Assembly: GCA_965116875.1 (NCBI GenBank)
Contig: OZ220733.1
Coordinates: 2,976,001 to 3,040,000 of the forward strand
Origin: Candidatus Latescibacterota bacterium
GTDB lineage: Bacteria > Latescibacterota > UBA2968 > GCA-2709665
DNA: 64,000 nt
Direction of reading: 5' to 3'
The notes beneath the pieces were generated by a model that was not told where the DNA came from, ran no database searches, and saw only the letters and a list, made by a program, of their open reading frames with translations. Positions 25,856 to 36,100 of this stretch are shown in pieces (within the stretch, counting starts at the first letter, position 1; each line of letters begins with the position of its first letter). A program made the position numbers and the translations under genes.

Positions 25856-28813
25856 TCAGAACCGCATGCTGACCTGGCTGAACACGAGCCGACCCACTTC
25901 CGGGGCGCCGATGAATGAACGGTACCGTGTATTGAAAAGATTGCTCGCATCCAGATGCAGATCCACGTCCCTTTCGACGGGCAACCGGTATTTCAGCGAC
26001 GCGTCGACGACCGTATAGGCATCCACGTCGCCCACGTACACCCCGGACTGCATGGGAAAGGAATCGGTGAAGCGGAGCGCGCTGCCAACCGACAGGCCCA
26101 GCCCGGTGAAGTCGTATGAAGCCCCCAGTTTGAACTTGTGCCGGGGCGAATTCAGGGTGATATCGCCAACGCCAGGGACGAGCGTGTATTTCAGATTCTT
26201 GAAGAAGTTCTTGTCCACGTATGAATAGTTGCCGGTAAGTCTCCATTTTGCCGTCGGATACCAGGCCAGGCCCAGGTCCAGCCCGCGGATGGTGATATCT
26301 TCATAGTTGCGGTAGGTCAACACCATCGCGTACGGATCAGACGCCTGTTCCGGCGACACCGTTCCGTATGGAATCGCCGCCGCCCCGGCCACGAAGATGG
26401 CGGTCAGTTCGTCCACAGGAGATCCGTTCCGGTTGCCCTCAAGGAGTCCCGGCACCTGCACATTGTCAACCAGTTGGAGACCGGCGGCGAGCACCGCGTT
26501 CGACGGATCGGACAGCGTCTGTTCGAATCCACGGCTCAGGGCCTCGGCCAGACTCTCCGGTTCGAGAAACACGTTGGGGGTTTCCACCGACACCGAACCC
26601 ACGTAGTTCTGGATCCTGGACTGATACAGGTCCGCGGCCACGATGAGCTTGTCCGCAATGACGCCCTTGTAACCGAACTCGATCGTCCTGGTAATCGCAG
26701 ACCGGATGCGCGGAACGTCATAGGCCGTGACCGGGGTGGCGCCGTCCGACTCCACAAAGAAGAACGGCTGCTGAATATCTTCCGGATTTTCCCCCAGCGG
26801 CGGCGTTGCGATGTTCAGCCGGCCCATGACGTTGCGAAGACCTGTCAATCGCTCGGGAACGATGCCGGGGAAGGCCTCGGCCAGTCCGTTCGCAAAGTTC
26901 CGGGCTTCTTCGGCTCCCATGCCCTGTTGGATCAGGATGTCGACGGCCATTTCCTTTACCGTCGGCAACAGCTGCTCGAGCACCACCTCCCTGCCGATCC
27001 CCCACATCACGTTGGTGAATTCCGGGTCGTCCAGGCGAAGATACTCATCGGCCGGAAGACCGGCCATCGGGGCAAACGGCGAGCGGAAGAGCGGCCGGCC
27101 GCCTTCCCGCCGGAACGTGAAGCCGAAGTCGTTGTCCTGGTAGTTGCCCTGGGTCCAGAGATCGATCGGGTCGAACGTCAGGCCGCGCGCCGTGAACATC
27201 GGCGAGAAGATTCCGCTGAACCCGAATGGGTCTCTGGTTGCCAGCAGATCGAGATAGAGATTGTTCGAGGTGGGCGTGGTGAACGCTCTGTTATATGTCA
27301 GCCGCCACGTCTGGGTCGGCTTCGGCTTCAGCACCAGCGCGGCCCGGGGTGAGAATTCGGGGTCCGCGAGGCGGCTGTGGTAGTCGTAGCGCAGGGCAAG
27401 CACGAGGTCAACCATTTTGGACAGGGAGGTTTCACTTTGCAGGTAGACCCCGAACTCGTTCAGGTCGTCGTCATCCTCGTTCCTGCCCATGACGGTTTCT
27501 TCGGTATCCGGCCGGGTAAACAGTGCGTCCAGGCCATACGTGAACCGCTGGCGGGTACCCAGTTTCGACACGTGCTGCGCCTGGAAGACCGTGAGGGAGG
27601 ACTTGTCGACAACGGGATCGCCCGTTCGCAGCAGGAAAGTGTCGCCGGAATCGGTCCAGTTGCGGAAGGCCTGGACAAACCAGTCGCCGTACAGCACGCG
27701 CATCTGAGCGTAGTTGTACTGCCAGTCTCTCGTCTGGGAGGCCCCCACGCCGGTAAGCCCGACCAGGTCCGCCTTGTTGTGTCCGGACGAAAAAATGGCG
27801 GTGAAGTTGTCGGAAGCGCGCCAGTCCAGACGCGCTTCCAGCCCGAGATTGTTGGTTTCGGGGTTGCGCAGCGGAAGAGACGGCAGGTTCAGACCTGCGG
27901 CAATCTGCTCCTCCCGGCGTTCCCTGGCCCTCACCTCTTCCGGGTCGACATATCCCCACTCCGTCCCTGTATAGTACCGGGCGGAAACCTTGTAGCCCAC
28001 CCGGTCCCCGATCTTTCCCGCGTGGCGAATCGAAGCCTGGCGCAGGTTGCGCTCTCCGTATCCGAAATGTGCGCTCGTGCCCTGCGAGGTAAAGGGCGAA
28101 TGGGTGATGATGTGCATGACCCCGTCGGCGCTGTTGGGTCCGTACAACGCCGATCCGGGCCCAAGTACCACCTCGATTCGTTCCACGTCGTCGCTTGAAA
28201 TGGGAATGAAATTCGGGGCATTGACCCGCACGGACGGCACCCTGGCAAGCCGGTTGTCCGTCATCATGAGCAGGGTGCCGGTGAATACGCTGTTGAATCC
28301 GCGCACCACGATGCTGCTGTTCGCCAGTCCGGTTTTCGCGAAATCCACCGACGGCAGGTTCTTCACGTGGTCGGCCACGTTCATCGAGGGGTTGTTGCGG
28401 ATATCGGCGGTCTCGACCACCGAAACGGAGGCGGGAGCGTCCAGGATCTTTTCCCTGCGGCGCGAGGCGGAGACCACGCTCTTCTCGAGAAAGATGACCT
28501 GCTCCTTCAGAATCACATCCAGCGTGGTGGATCGGCCCGACTGCACCGTCACGTTCTCTCGAATCTCGGACCTGTAACCGATGAATGTAAACTCGATCCG
28601 GTATTTCCCCGCCGGAACGGCAAATCGGAACCGCCCCTCGTCGCCGGTCGCGGCCAGGGTCTGCTTCCCGAAGTCCACACCCGTAACCACGACGTTGGCG
28701 CCGGGAAGGAACTCACCGCCCTCCCCTCTCACCGTCCCTTCGATATAGCCGTTGGGCTGGGCCGAAACCGTCACCCACCCCAGCACCAGCCAGCAAAACA
28801 GGAATACGCGCAC
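25856..28813 (-). CDS. TonB-dependent receptor with an N-terminal carboxypeptidase-regulatory-like domain
   Basis: Signal peptide; GTVRGEGGEFLPGANVVV; TonB-box-like VVSASRR; plug motif ERIEVVLGPGSALYG; C-terminal NLFN..Y and terminal Phe. Confidence 0.93.
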   Translation of the reverse strand: MRVFLFCWLVLGWVTVSAQPNGYIEGTVRGEGGEFLPGANVVVTGVDFGKQTLAATGDEGRFRFAVPAGKYRIEFTFIGYRSEIRENVTVQSGRSTTLDVILKEQVIFLEKSVVSASRRREKILDAPASVSVVETADIRNNPSMNVADHVKNLPSVDFAKTGLANSSIVVRGFNSVFTGTLLMMTDNRLARVPSVRVNAPNFIPISSDDVERIEVVLGPGSALYGPNSADGVMHIITHSPFTSQGTSAHFGYGERNLRQASIRHAGKIGDRVGYKVSARYYTGTEWGYVDPEEVRARERREEQIAAGLNLPSLPLRNPETNNLGLEARLDWRASDNFTAIFSSGHNKADLVGLTGVGASQTRDWQYNYAQMRVLYGDWFVQAFRNWTDSGDTFLLRTGDPVVDKSSLTVFQAQHVSKLGTRQRFTYGLDALFTRPDTEETVMGRNEDDDDLNEFGVYLQSETSLSKMVDLVLALRYDYHSRLADPEFSPRAALVLKPKPTQTWRLTYNRAFTTPTSNNLYLDLLATRDPFGFSGIFSPMFTARGLTFDPIDLWTQGNYQDNDFGFTFRREGGRPLFRSPFAPMAGLPADEYLRLDDPEFTNVMWGIGREVVLEQLLPTVKEMAVDILIQQGMGAEEARNFANGLAEAFPGIVPERLTGLRNVMGRLNIATPPLGENPEDIQQPFFFVESDGATPVTAYDVPRIRSAITRTIEFGYKGVIADKLIVAADLYQSRIQNYVGSVSVETPNVFLEPESLAEALSRGFEQTLSDPSNAVLAAGLQLVDNVQVPGLLEGNRNGSPVDELTAIFVAGAAAIPYGTVSPEQASDPYAMVLTYRNYEDITIRGLDLGLAWYPTAKWRLTGNYSYVDKNFFKNLKYTLVPGVGDITLNSPRHKFKLGASYDFTGLGLSVGSALRFTDSFPMQSGVYVGDVDAYTVVDASLKYRLPVERDVDLHLDASNLFNTRYRSFIGAPEVGRLVFSQVSMRF

Positions 28814-29208
28814 CGTCTATCTCCCTCAAACGATCAGGGCCGCACCCTGAAGATGGCGAATCGGGACAACAATCGAATCCGGAATTCGTCGACTTACCAA
28901 TGACATAACAACCATTTCCGCCGACTCCGGACGTCGTTGGAAAACCGACCCACAATGGTTAAATTCGGCCAATTCGGAGAATCCATGACAATCAGAAATT
29001 TCCGAAAGCCTTCCTCCTGCCATTGTTCAATCGTCGAATTTTATTATATATTAAAAGTTACAACCGATGCGACGGTCTTGTCAACTTCATCGCACACCCG
29101 CCGCCGTGTGGATGATCTGAAGATCCAACAGAATCTGGCGGACGATTGAGCGAACCAGATTGCCGGGAACAACGCAACAGGAAGTCGTCCACCGTGGAGG
29201 TACTCCGG

Positions 29209-30000
29209 ATGCGTACCAGGAAATTTGTCGTGCCCGCAATCCTGTTCCTGGCAACTGCCGCCTGCGACGATGCGGCCGGACCGCGTTATATCGAGACCGT
29301 TGAAGTCACCGTGGGTCCGACCCTCGCCAGGTGCTACGGCGTCGGCGAGCAGACCTGCATGGTGGTAGACGGCAGGTTGTTTTACGACGCCATCGGTGGC
29401 TTTACCTTCGAAGCCGGCTACACCTACCGGCTGCGGATCGGAAAATACGACCCCTGGGATGGAGGAGAACCGCCCCAGGATGCAGGCCGTTACGCCTATC
29501 GCCTGCTGGAACAACTGGAAAAGACCCGCGCCCCATCCACTCCGGCGACGCTGGTTGTGGGGCCCACACGGGTTACGTGCTCGAATTCGGATGATTTCTG
29601 CCTGCTGATTGACGGTGTTCCATACGACGACATCATCACGAATTTTGATTATGAGGCGGGTTTTTACTATACACTAAATGTAAGCAAATTTGCCGATGGC
29701 CGCCATGTGCTGGATGAAATCGCCACAAAGGACGAGGCGACGGGCACGGAAGAGGAAATAATCGTGGTTGGGCCGGGCAGAGTGCACTGCGACGATAATC
29801 GTTCCATCTACTGCAAAGTTGTCAATGGAGCGCCGTTCCGAAGTGAAATCGTTGGCTTCCAGCCATTGCACGGCTATAGCTACCGATTACGCGTGGTACG
29901 ATTCAGCATGTTCCCTGGCGGGGTTACGCCGCCGTCAAACAATATCCCGACGTACGGGTATCGCTGGCTGGAAACGCTTGAGCGAAATCAGGGCAATTGA
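29209..30000 (+). CDS. Lipoprotein with three tandem DUF4377-like repeats
   Basis: GGAGG RBS; lipobox ATAAC; three copies of VGP..x.C....C.x.DG..F...I..F.x.GY.Y.L. Confidence 0.75.
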   Translation: MRTRKFVVPAILFLATAACDDAAGPRYIETVEVTVGPTLARCYGVGEQTCMVVDGRLFYDAIGGFTFEAGYTYRLRIGKYDPWDGGEPPQDAGRYAYRLLEQLEKTRAPSTPATLVVGPTRVTCSNSDDFCLLIDGVPYDDIITNFDYEAGFYYTLNVSKFADGRHVLDEIATKDEATGTEEEIIVVGPGRVHCDDNRSIYCKVVNGAPFRSEIVGFQPLHGYSYRLRVVRFSMFPGGVTPPSNNIPTYGYRWLETLERNQGN

Positions 30001-30100
30001 ATATCCGCGTGCCTGCAATGCAGGTCACAGTCGATTTATATACTGGCCGGAAGATGAACGGTCCGGTTTCGATGCAGTCCGCATATAGGAGAAGGACATA

Positions 30101-33100
30101 ATGGAAGCAGGTGGCCACACTGAATCTTCGGGAGTCATCAACGAAATTAAAGTGAATTCCGGCTCCTCCCAGCCGATAGCAATCGTGGGTATGGCGTGCC
30201 GGTTCCCCGGTGCGCCGGACATCGCTTCATTCTGGCGATTGCTCAGGGCCGGGGGGAATGCCGTCAAAGAAGGTACGCCGGGCTCGGGGACAGGGCGCTG
30301 GGGCCTGCTCTTCCCCGACGACGCGGTACGGAGCGACGGTTGCCGTTTCGGAGCGTTCGTCGACGACATCGACCTGTTCGACGATACATTCTTCCGGATT
30401 TCACCGGTGGAAGCGGAGTTTCTGGATCCGCAGCAGCGCATGATGCTTGAGACGAGCTGGGAGGCCCTTGAGGACGCGGGGATCGATCCGGAGGGTTTGA
30501 GAGAGAGCCTCACGGGCGTCTACACGGGGATCAGCAACGACGAATACCGGATGCTCGTGGTGGACTCTGTCAAGCCTGACGAGGCTGCTGGATGTCTCTA
30601 TGCGCTCAGCGGCACGAATCTGAACGGCGCGAGCGGGCGGGTTTCGTTCGTGCTGGGGCTACGTGGACCGGCCAAGGCGGTAGACGCCGCGTGCGCATCG
30701 TCCATGGTATCCGTCCACGACGCCGTGGCGGACTTGCAGCAGGGGAAGGCGGACCTGGCGATCGCCGGGGGCGTGCAGGCGATCCTGAACGGTCGCATCT
30801 ACGAGTTGCGCGCTGAAGCGATGATGCTCTCTCCGGACGGGCAATGCAAGACCTTTGACGCCTCGGCGAACGGCTATGTGCGTGGCGAGGGCTGCGGGGT
30901 CGTCGTCCTCAAGCGGCTGAGCGAGGCGGAGGCCGACGGAGACCGGATCTGGGCGGTGATCCGGGGTGCGGCCGTGAATCACGGCGGGGCCAGTACGGGG
31001 CTGACGGTACCGAATACGCCGGCGCTCGAAGAGGTGATCGAAACCGCATTGACCGACGCGGGCATCTCCCCGCTGGAAGTGGACTACCTCGAGGCGCACG
31101 GGACGGGAACCACCGTGGGCGATCCGATCGAGATCAATGCCGTGGCCAACGTCTACGGGCGTGGACGGACGGACGACCGGCCGCTCCTCATCGGATCGGT
31201 CAAGACCAACATCGGGCATCTGGAATCGGCCGCCGGCGTCGCGGGTGTGATCAAGGCCGCGCTGGTGCTGAACCGGGGCGTGATTCCCAAACACCTCCAT
31301 TTCCGGAATCCAAACCCGAGCGTGGACTGGGACGGTCTGCCCCTGCAAGTGACGTCCTCGATGTTGGACTGGCCCCAACGATCCGGGAAGACACGCCTCG
31401 CCGGGGTGAACTCCTTCGGCATTTCCGGAACCAACGCGCACATTGTCATGGAGGAATACCGCGCGCCGAACGGCGGCTCTCCGGGAGAATCCGGGAATGC
31501 CGGAGCCGCGAAGCCGGTGGCGGTTTCACTCCCGCCGGCGATGGGCGATCTGCCGCCAACCGCTGGAAGGGTCCGCTCGCGCCCGGTTCGACTCCTCCCG
31601 TTGTCGGGAAAATCCGACGACGCGCTGCGCGACCTCGGGGGTCGTTATCTTACGTGGCTTGACGAACGCAATGGCGAACTTGCTTCGGAAGAACGGGAAA
31701 TACTCGCGGACATGGCATGGACGGCGGGCGGGGGCCGGAGCCATTTCGATCACCGCGCAGGGGTTGTCTTCCACGACGTGGAATCGCTTCGAAACCAGCT
31801 GAAAGAAGTCGCGGAAGGACGTAGTTGCAAGTCGTCGCGACCGCCGTCCCGGGTTGCGTTCGCCTACACCGGACAGGGGAGCCAATGGGTTGGCATGGGA
31901 CGGGATCTGTACGAGAGTGAACCGGTGGCGCGGGCGGTTCTGGATCGCTGCGAGGCGGTCATTCTTGAAGAACGGGGAGCCTCGCTGCTGGACATGATGT
32001 TCGGGAATGACGGAGGCCGGGGAGAACTCGGCGACACAGCGTGGGAACAGCCGGCGCTGTACGCGCTGGAATGCGCGCTGACCGCGCTCTGGTCGAGCGT
32101 CGGTGTCCGTCCGGACGTGGTCCTGGGACACAGTATCGGGGAACTTGCGGCGTCGCAGGCGGGAGGGGTATTCAGCCTGGAAGACGGGATGCGGTTCGCC
32201 GCCGTACGCGGCACGCTGATGTCGACGATGGACGAGGGAAGCATGGCCGCGGTGTTTGCGCCCGCCAATCGCGTCGAGGAGGTTGTGAACGCGACCTCCG
32301 CGGATGCCGGGCTGAGCATCTCGGGATACAACGGTACCCACCAGGTTGTCAGTGGTCCTGCAGCGGGTATTGAGGCGATCTCGAATCGATTCGCCGCGGA
32401 CGGCGTCAGGGTCAGGCGGCTGAACACGAAAAAGGCGTTCCACAGCGGCCTGGTAGAGCCCATTCTGGACGAATTGGAAACCTTCGTCAGCGGCCTCGAG
32501 ATTCAGTCTCCCTCCCTTACCGTCGTCAGCAATCTGACGGGTGCGGCCGTCCGTCTCGATCAGGCTCAGGACGGTGCATACTGGAGGCGGCATGCCCGGG
32601 AGCCCGTGGCGTTTGCCCAGGGTGTGAAGACACTGGCGGATCTGGGCGTGGACGCGGTACTGGAGATCGGTCCGCGATCGGTACTTGCCCCGATGGCGGC
32701 CGCGTCCTGGCCGGAATCGTCCGGGTCGCCGGCGCCGCTGGTGCTGTCGAGCCTCCGCCCGCCGTCGAACGACGGAGAGAAACCCGGAAATTCGGACGGT
32801 TTCGTGGGGGCAGCGGCTGAGGCCTATGAAGCGGGACTCCCGATTCATTTTGCCGGGCTCTTCGCGGGAGAGACGCGGCGCCGGATTTCTGTGCCCAGCT
32901 ATCCGTTTCAGCGCCGGCGACACTGGATCCAGCCGCCGAGACGACGCGCCGGCGTCGCCGGTCACCCGCTGCTTGGCGACCGGCACGAATCCGCTCGCGG
33001 AGAGGTCACGTTCGAGACCGAAGTGTTTCCCTCGGATCCGGCCTGGCTGAACGACCACAAGGTTTTTGGCCGGATCGTCGCGCCCGGCGCGCTCTACGGC

Positions 33101-36100
33101 GCGATGGCCTGTGCCGCGTCCCGCCTCGAGGAAGGCGGACCCGTGGCCGTTGAGAATTTCCAGTTGCACAATGCCCTGGTTTTGGAAGAGGACGAAGACG
33201 GGACGGGTGACGCGGGCCGGAGGATGCAGGTCATGCTCGAAACCGGCGAACCGGGATCGCCGCGCGGTGTCCGGATCTTCAGCAGAGGAGGCGAAGGAGA
33301 CTGGACCGTCCACGTGGAAGGCGTGCTTGCTGCGGGGGCTCCGGGCCCCGAACCGGGCGGGCGAATCGATCCTGAAAGCCTGAAGTCCGTGCTTTCGCCA
33401 CTGGACGTGGCGGACTACTACCGCCACAGGGCGAGTACCGGCGTCGACCTCGGCCCGTTCTTCCGCACGCTTGGCAGGGCCTGGTCGCGTCCCGGTGAGG
33501 CGCTGGGCGAGGTGTCTCTTCCCGAGGCGCTTTCCGGGCATGGGCTGGATGTCCATCCGCTCGTGCTGGACGGCTGTTTTCAGGTTGTGGGTGCGGCGCG
33601 CAACCCGGAAGGCAGGGAAGGCGGCGCAACGTATCTGCCGTTTGCCTGGGAGCGGCTCTGGCTGGCGGGACCGCTGCCGGACCGGGTCCTCTGTCACGTG
33701 CGGCTCAGCGAAGCATCCAGCGAGGCGGAAGCCGGGCCGGGCGGGCCGCCCGAAGTACTCAGCGGTGAAGTCAACATCTACGACCCGAACGGGAAGCCTC
33801 TGGGCCGCCTGAGCGGTTATACCGTGAAACGCGCGACGCCGGAAGCGCTGCTCGCCGCGGTGGAAGGCGTCAAGGATCTCCTGTACGAGGTGGTCTGGCG
33901 CGAACGCGACCTTCCTTCCCGAATCACGTCCGCGGGCTTCTTCCCGGATCCGGCGGACGTCGCGGCCGGCACACAGGCGTTCACCGGCTATCTCAGGGAC
34001 GCGGGAGTCGATCCCGACGACCGGGACGCCCTGCTCTCAGACCTGGAAAGCTGGTCCCGGTCCCGCGCGCTCGCGACGCTGGAGGAACTTGGCTGGCAAC
34101 GGCAGGCGGGAGAAACCGTCGACCCCGAGGTGTTGCGGGACGAATTGAACGTCCTCCCGGAGCACAAGCGCCTCTTTCGGCGGCTGTTTGAGATGCTCGC
34201 CAGGTCGGGGGTCGTGACGGAAGCGGGCGACGGATTCACCGTGGTCCTGGGGCCTGGTGATCCGCTTCCCGAAGGCCTGTCCGCCAACCTCGAGGAGGTT
34301 GCCTCGCGCATGGTCGACCGGCACCCCGACGGCCTGATCGAGATCGGCCTGTTCCGGCGTTCAGGCATCGCCCTGGCGGAGGTGCTTCGCGGTCGTGAAG
34401 ATCCGCTCACGCTCCTGTTCAGCAGCGGCGAACCGACTGCGGCCGATCTGTATCTGAAAGCGCCGGTCGCGCGCGCGGCGAACCGTATGCTGGCGGATGC
34501 GGTCAAAGCGCTCGTGGCTACGCTGCCCGAAGGCCGGCGCCTGAGGGTCATCGAGGTCGGCGCAGGAACCGGATCGGCGACCGCTTCCGTACTTCCTGAG
34601 CTTCCCGACGGGCAGTTCGACTACATGTATACGGATATCTCCGCGGGTTTCTTTTCCGAGGCGGAAGCGCGGTTCGGCGACGGCGGCGGATGCATCGAGT
34701 ACCGTCCGCTGGATATCGAAAAAGACCCGGCCGAGCAGGGTTTCGACGCCCACGGATACGACCTGCTGATCGCATCCAACGTGCTGCACGCGACGCGGTA
34801 CCTGACCGAGACGCTGGGCCATTGCCGGGACCTTCTCGCGCCGTCAGGGCATCTGATCGCACTCGAAAACCTGAGTGGGCTGGGATGGATGGACCTGACC
34901 TTCGGCCAGTTGGACGGCTGGTGGCGGTTCGCCGACGACTACCGCCCACACCACGCCCTCGCCGGTCCCCCCGTCTGGCGTTTCGCTCTGGGCGGCGCGG
35001 GATTCGAAGGCGTGGAAGTCCTGGGGGTGGATGAGTCCGACACGTCCCGGACATTGGACAAGGGTGTCATCGTGGCGCAGGGTCCGGCGAAAGTAGCCGA
35101 GGCGCCCGGCGTCTGGGTTCTGGCCGGGGATCGGGCAGGCTCCGCGTCGAAACTTGCAGCCGAATTGGCCGCACGGGACCAGACAGTCGTGCTTGCCGGC
35201 AGCGGAACGCAGGACGACAGCGGTCCTGTGGGCGACGGCCCGGGGGTATTAAACGCTTCCGTGGAAACCGACCGGCGCGAGTCCTGGTGTGCGATTCTGG
35301 CAGGTCTGCCGGACGAAGTGCCGCTGCGCGGCGTTGTGCACCTCGCGGGACTGGACGGTCACGGGCCACAGGCCACGACGCAGGAAATGGCGGAAGACGT
35401 GAGAGGGGCGGGAGCGAGCGCGCTCGCGCTCGTGCAGGGCGTCGCCGACGCCGATGTCATCCCCGAAAACGGATTCTGGCTGATCACCCGGGGCGCCCAG
35501 ATACTGGAACGTGAGCGGGGCGGTGAACTCGTTGGCGCAACGCTGTGGGGCTTCGGCAAGGCCGTGGCTCGTGAAGCGGCGCATCTTCAGCCGAGGATGA
35601 TCGATCTGGACCCGGTCGAGACGGCGCCCGCGCCCGACCTCGTCAACGAGCTTCTCTATCCGGACCCCGAAAATCACATCGCGTATCGGTCAGGCCGCCG
35701 TCAGGTGGCGCGCCTGGTCCGGGCGGGGACCGAAGGGGAGCGGCTGTCGCTCCCAGAGGAGTCGGATTGGGTGCTGGCGCCGGACCCGACGGGCGTGTTC
35801 GACCGGCCGCAGGTCCTCCCCCTGCCCGTAGGGTCTCTCGAACCGTGGGAGGTTCGCGTTGGGGTGGAAGCGTCCGGGCTCAACTTCTGGGACGTCTTTC
35901 GTTCGCTGGGCTTTATCGAAGAGGGCAATCTCGGCAGGGAAATGTGCGGTCACATTCTCGAGGTCGGCTCCGAAGTATCAACCGTCTCGGTGGGCGACCG
36001 CGTGGTCGGATTGGGCTTCGGCGCGTTCGCGCAGCAGATGGTTACACACGAGCAGCTGGTGGCGCCCGCGCCATCGGGATACTCCGTCTCCGGACTTGCC

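Noticed and set aside
31526-33697. Long antisense ORF (723 aa) inside the PKS, and similar ones at 53104-54795, 11537-12757 and 61986-63374
   Set aside because: Shadow or alternative-frame ORFs expected in high-GC coding DNA; they have no motifs, and the overlapping genes are well supported.
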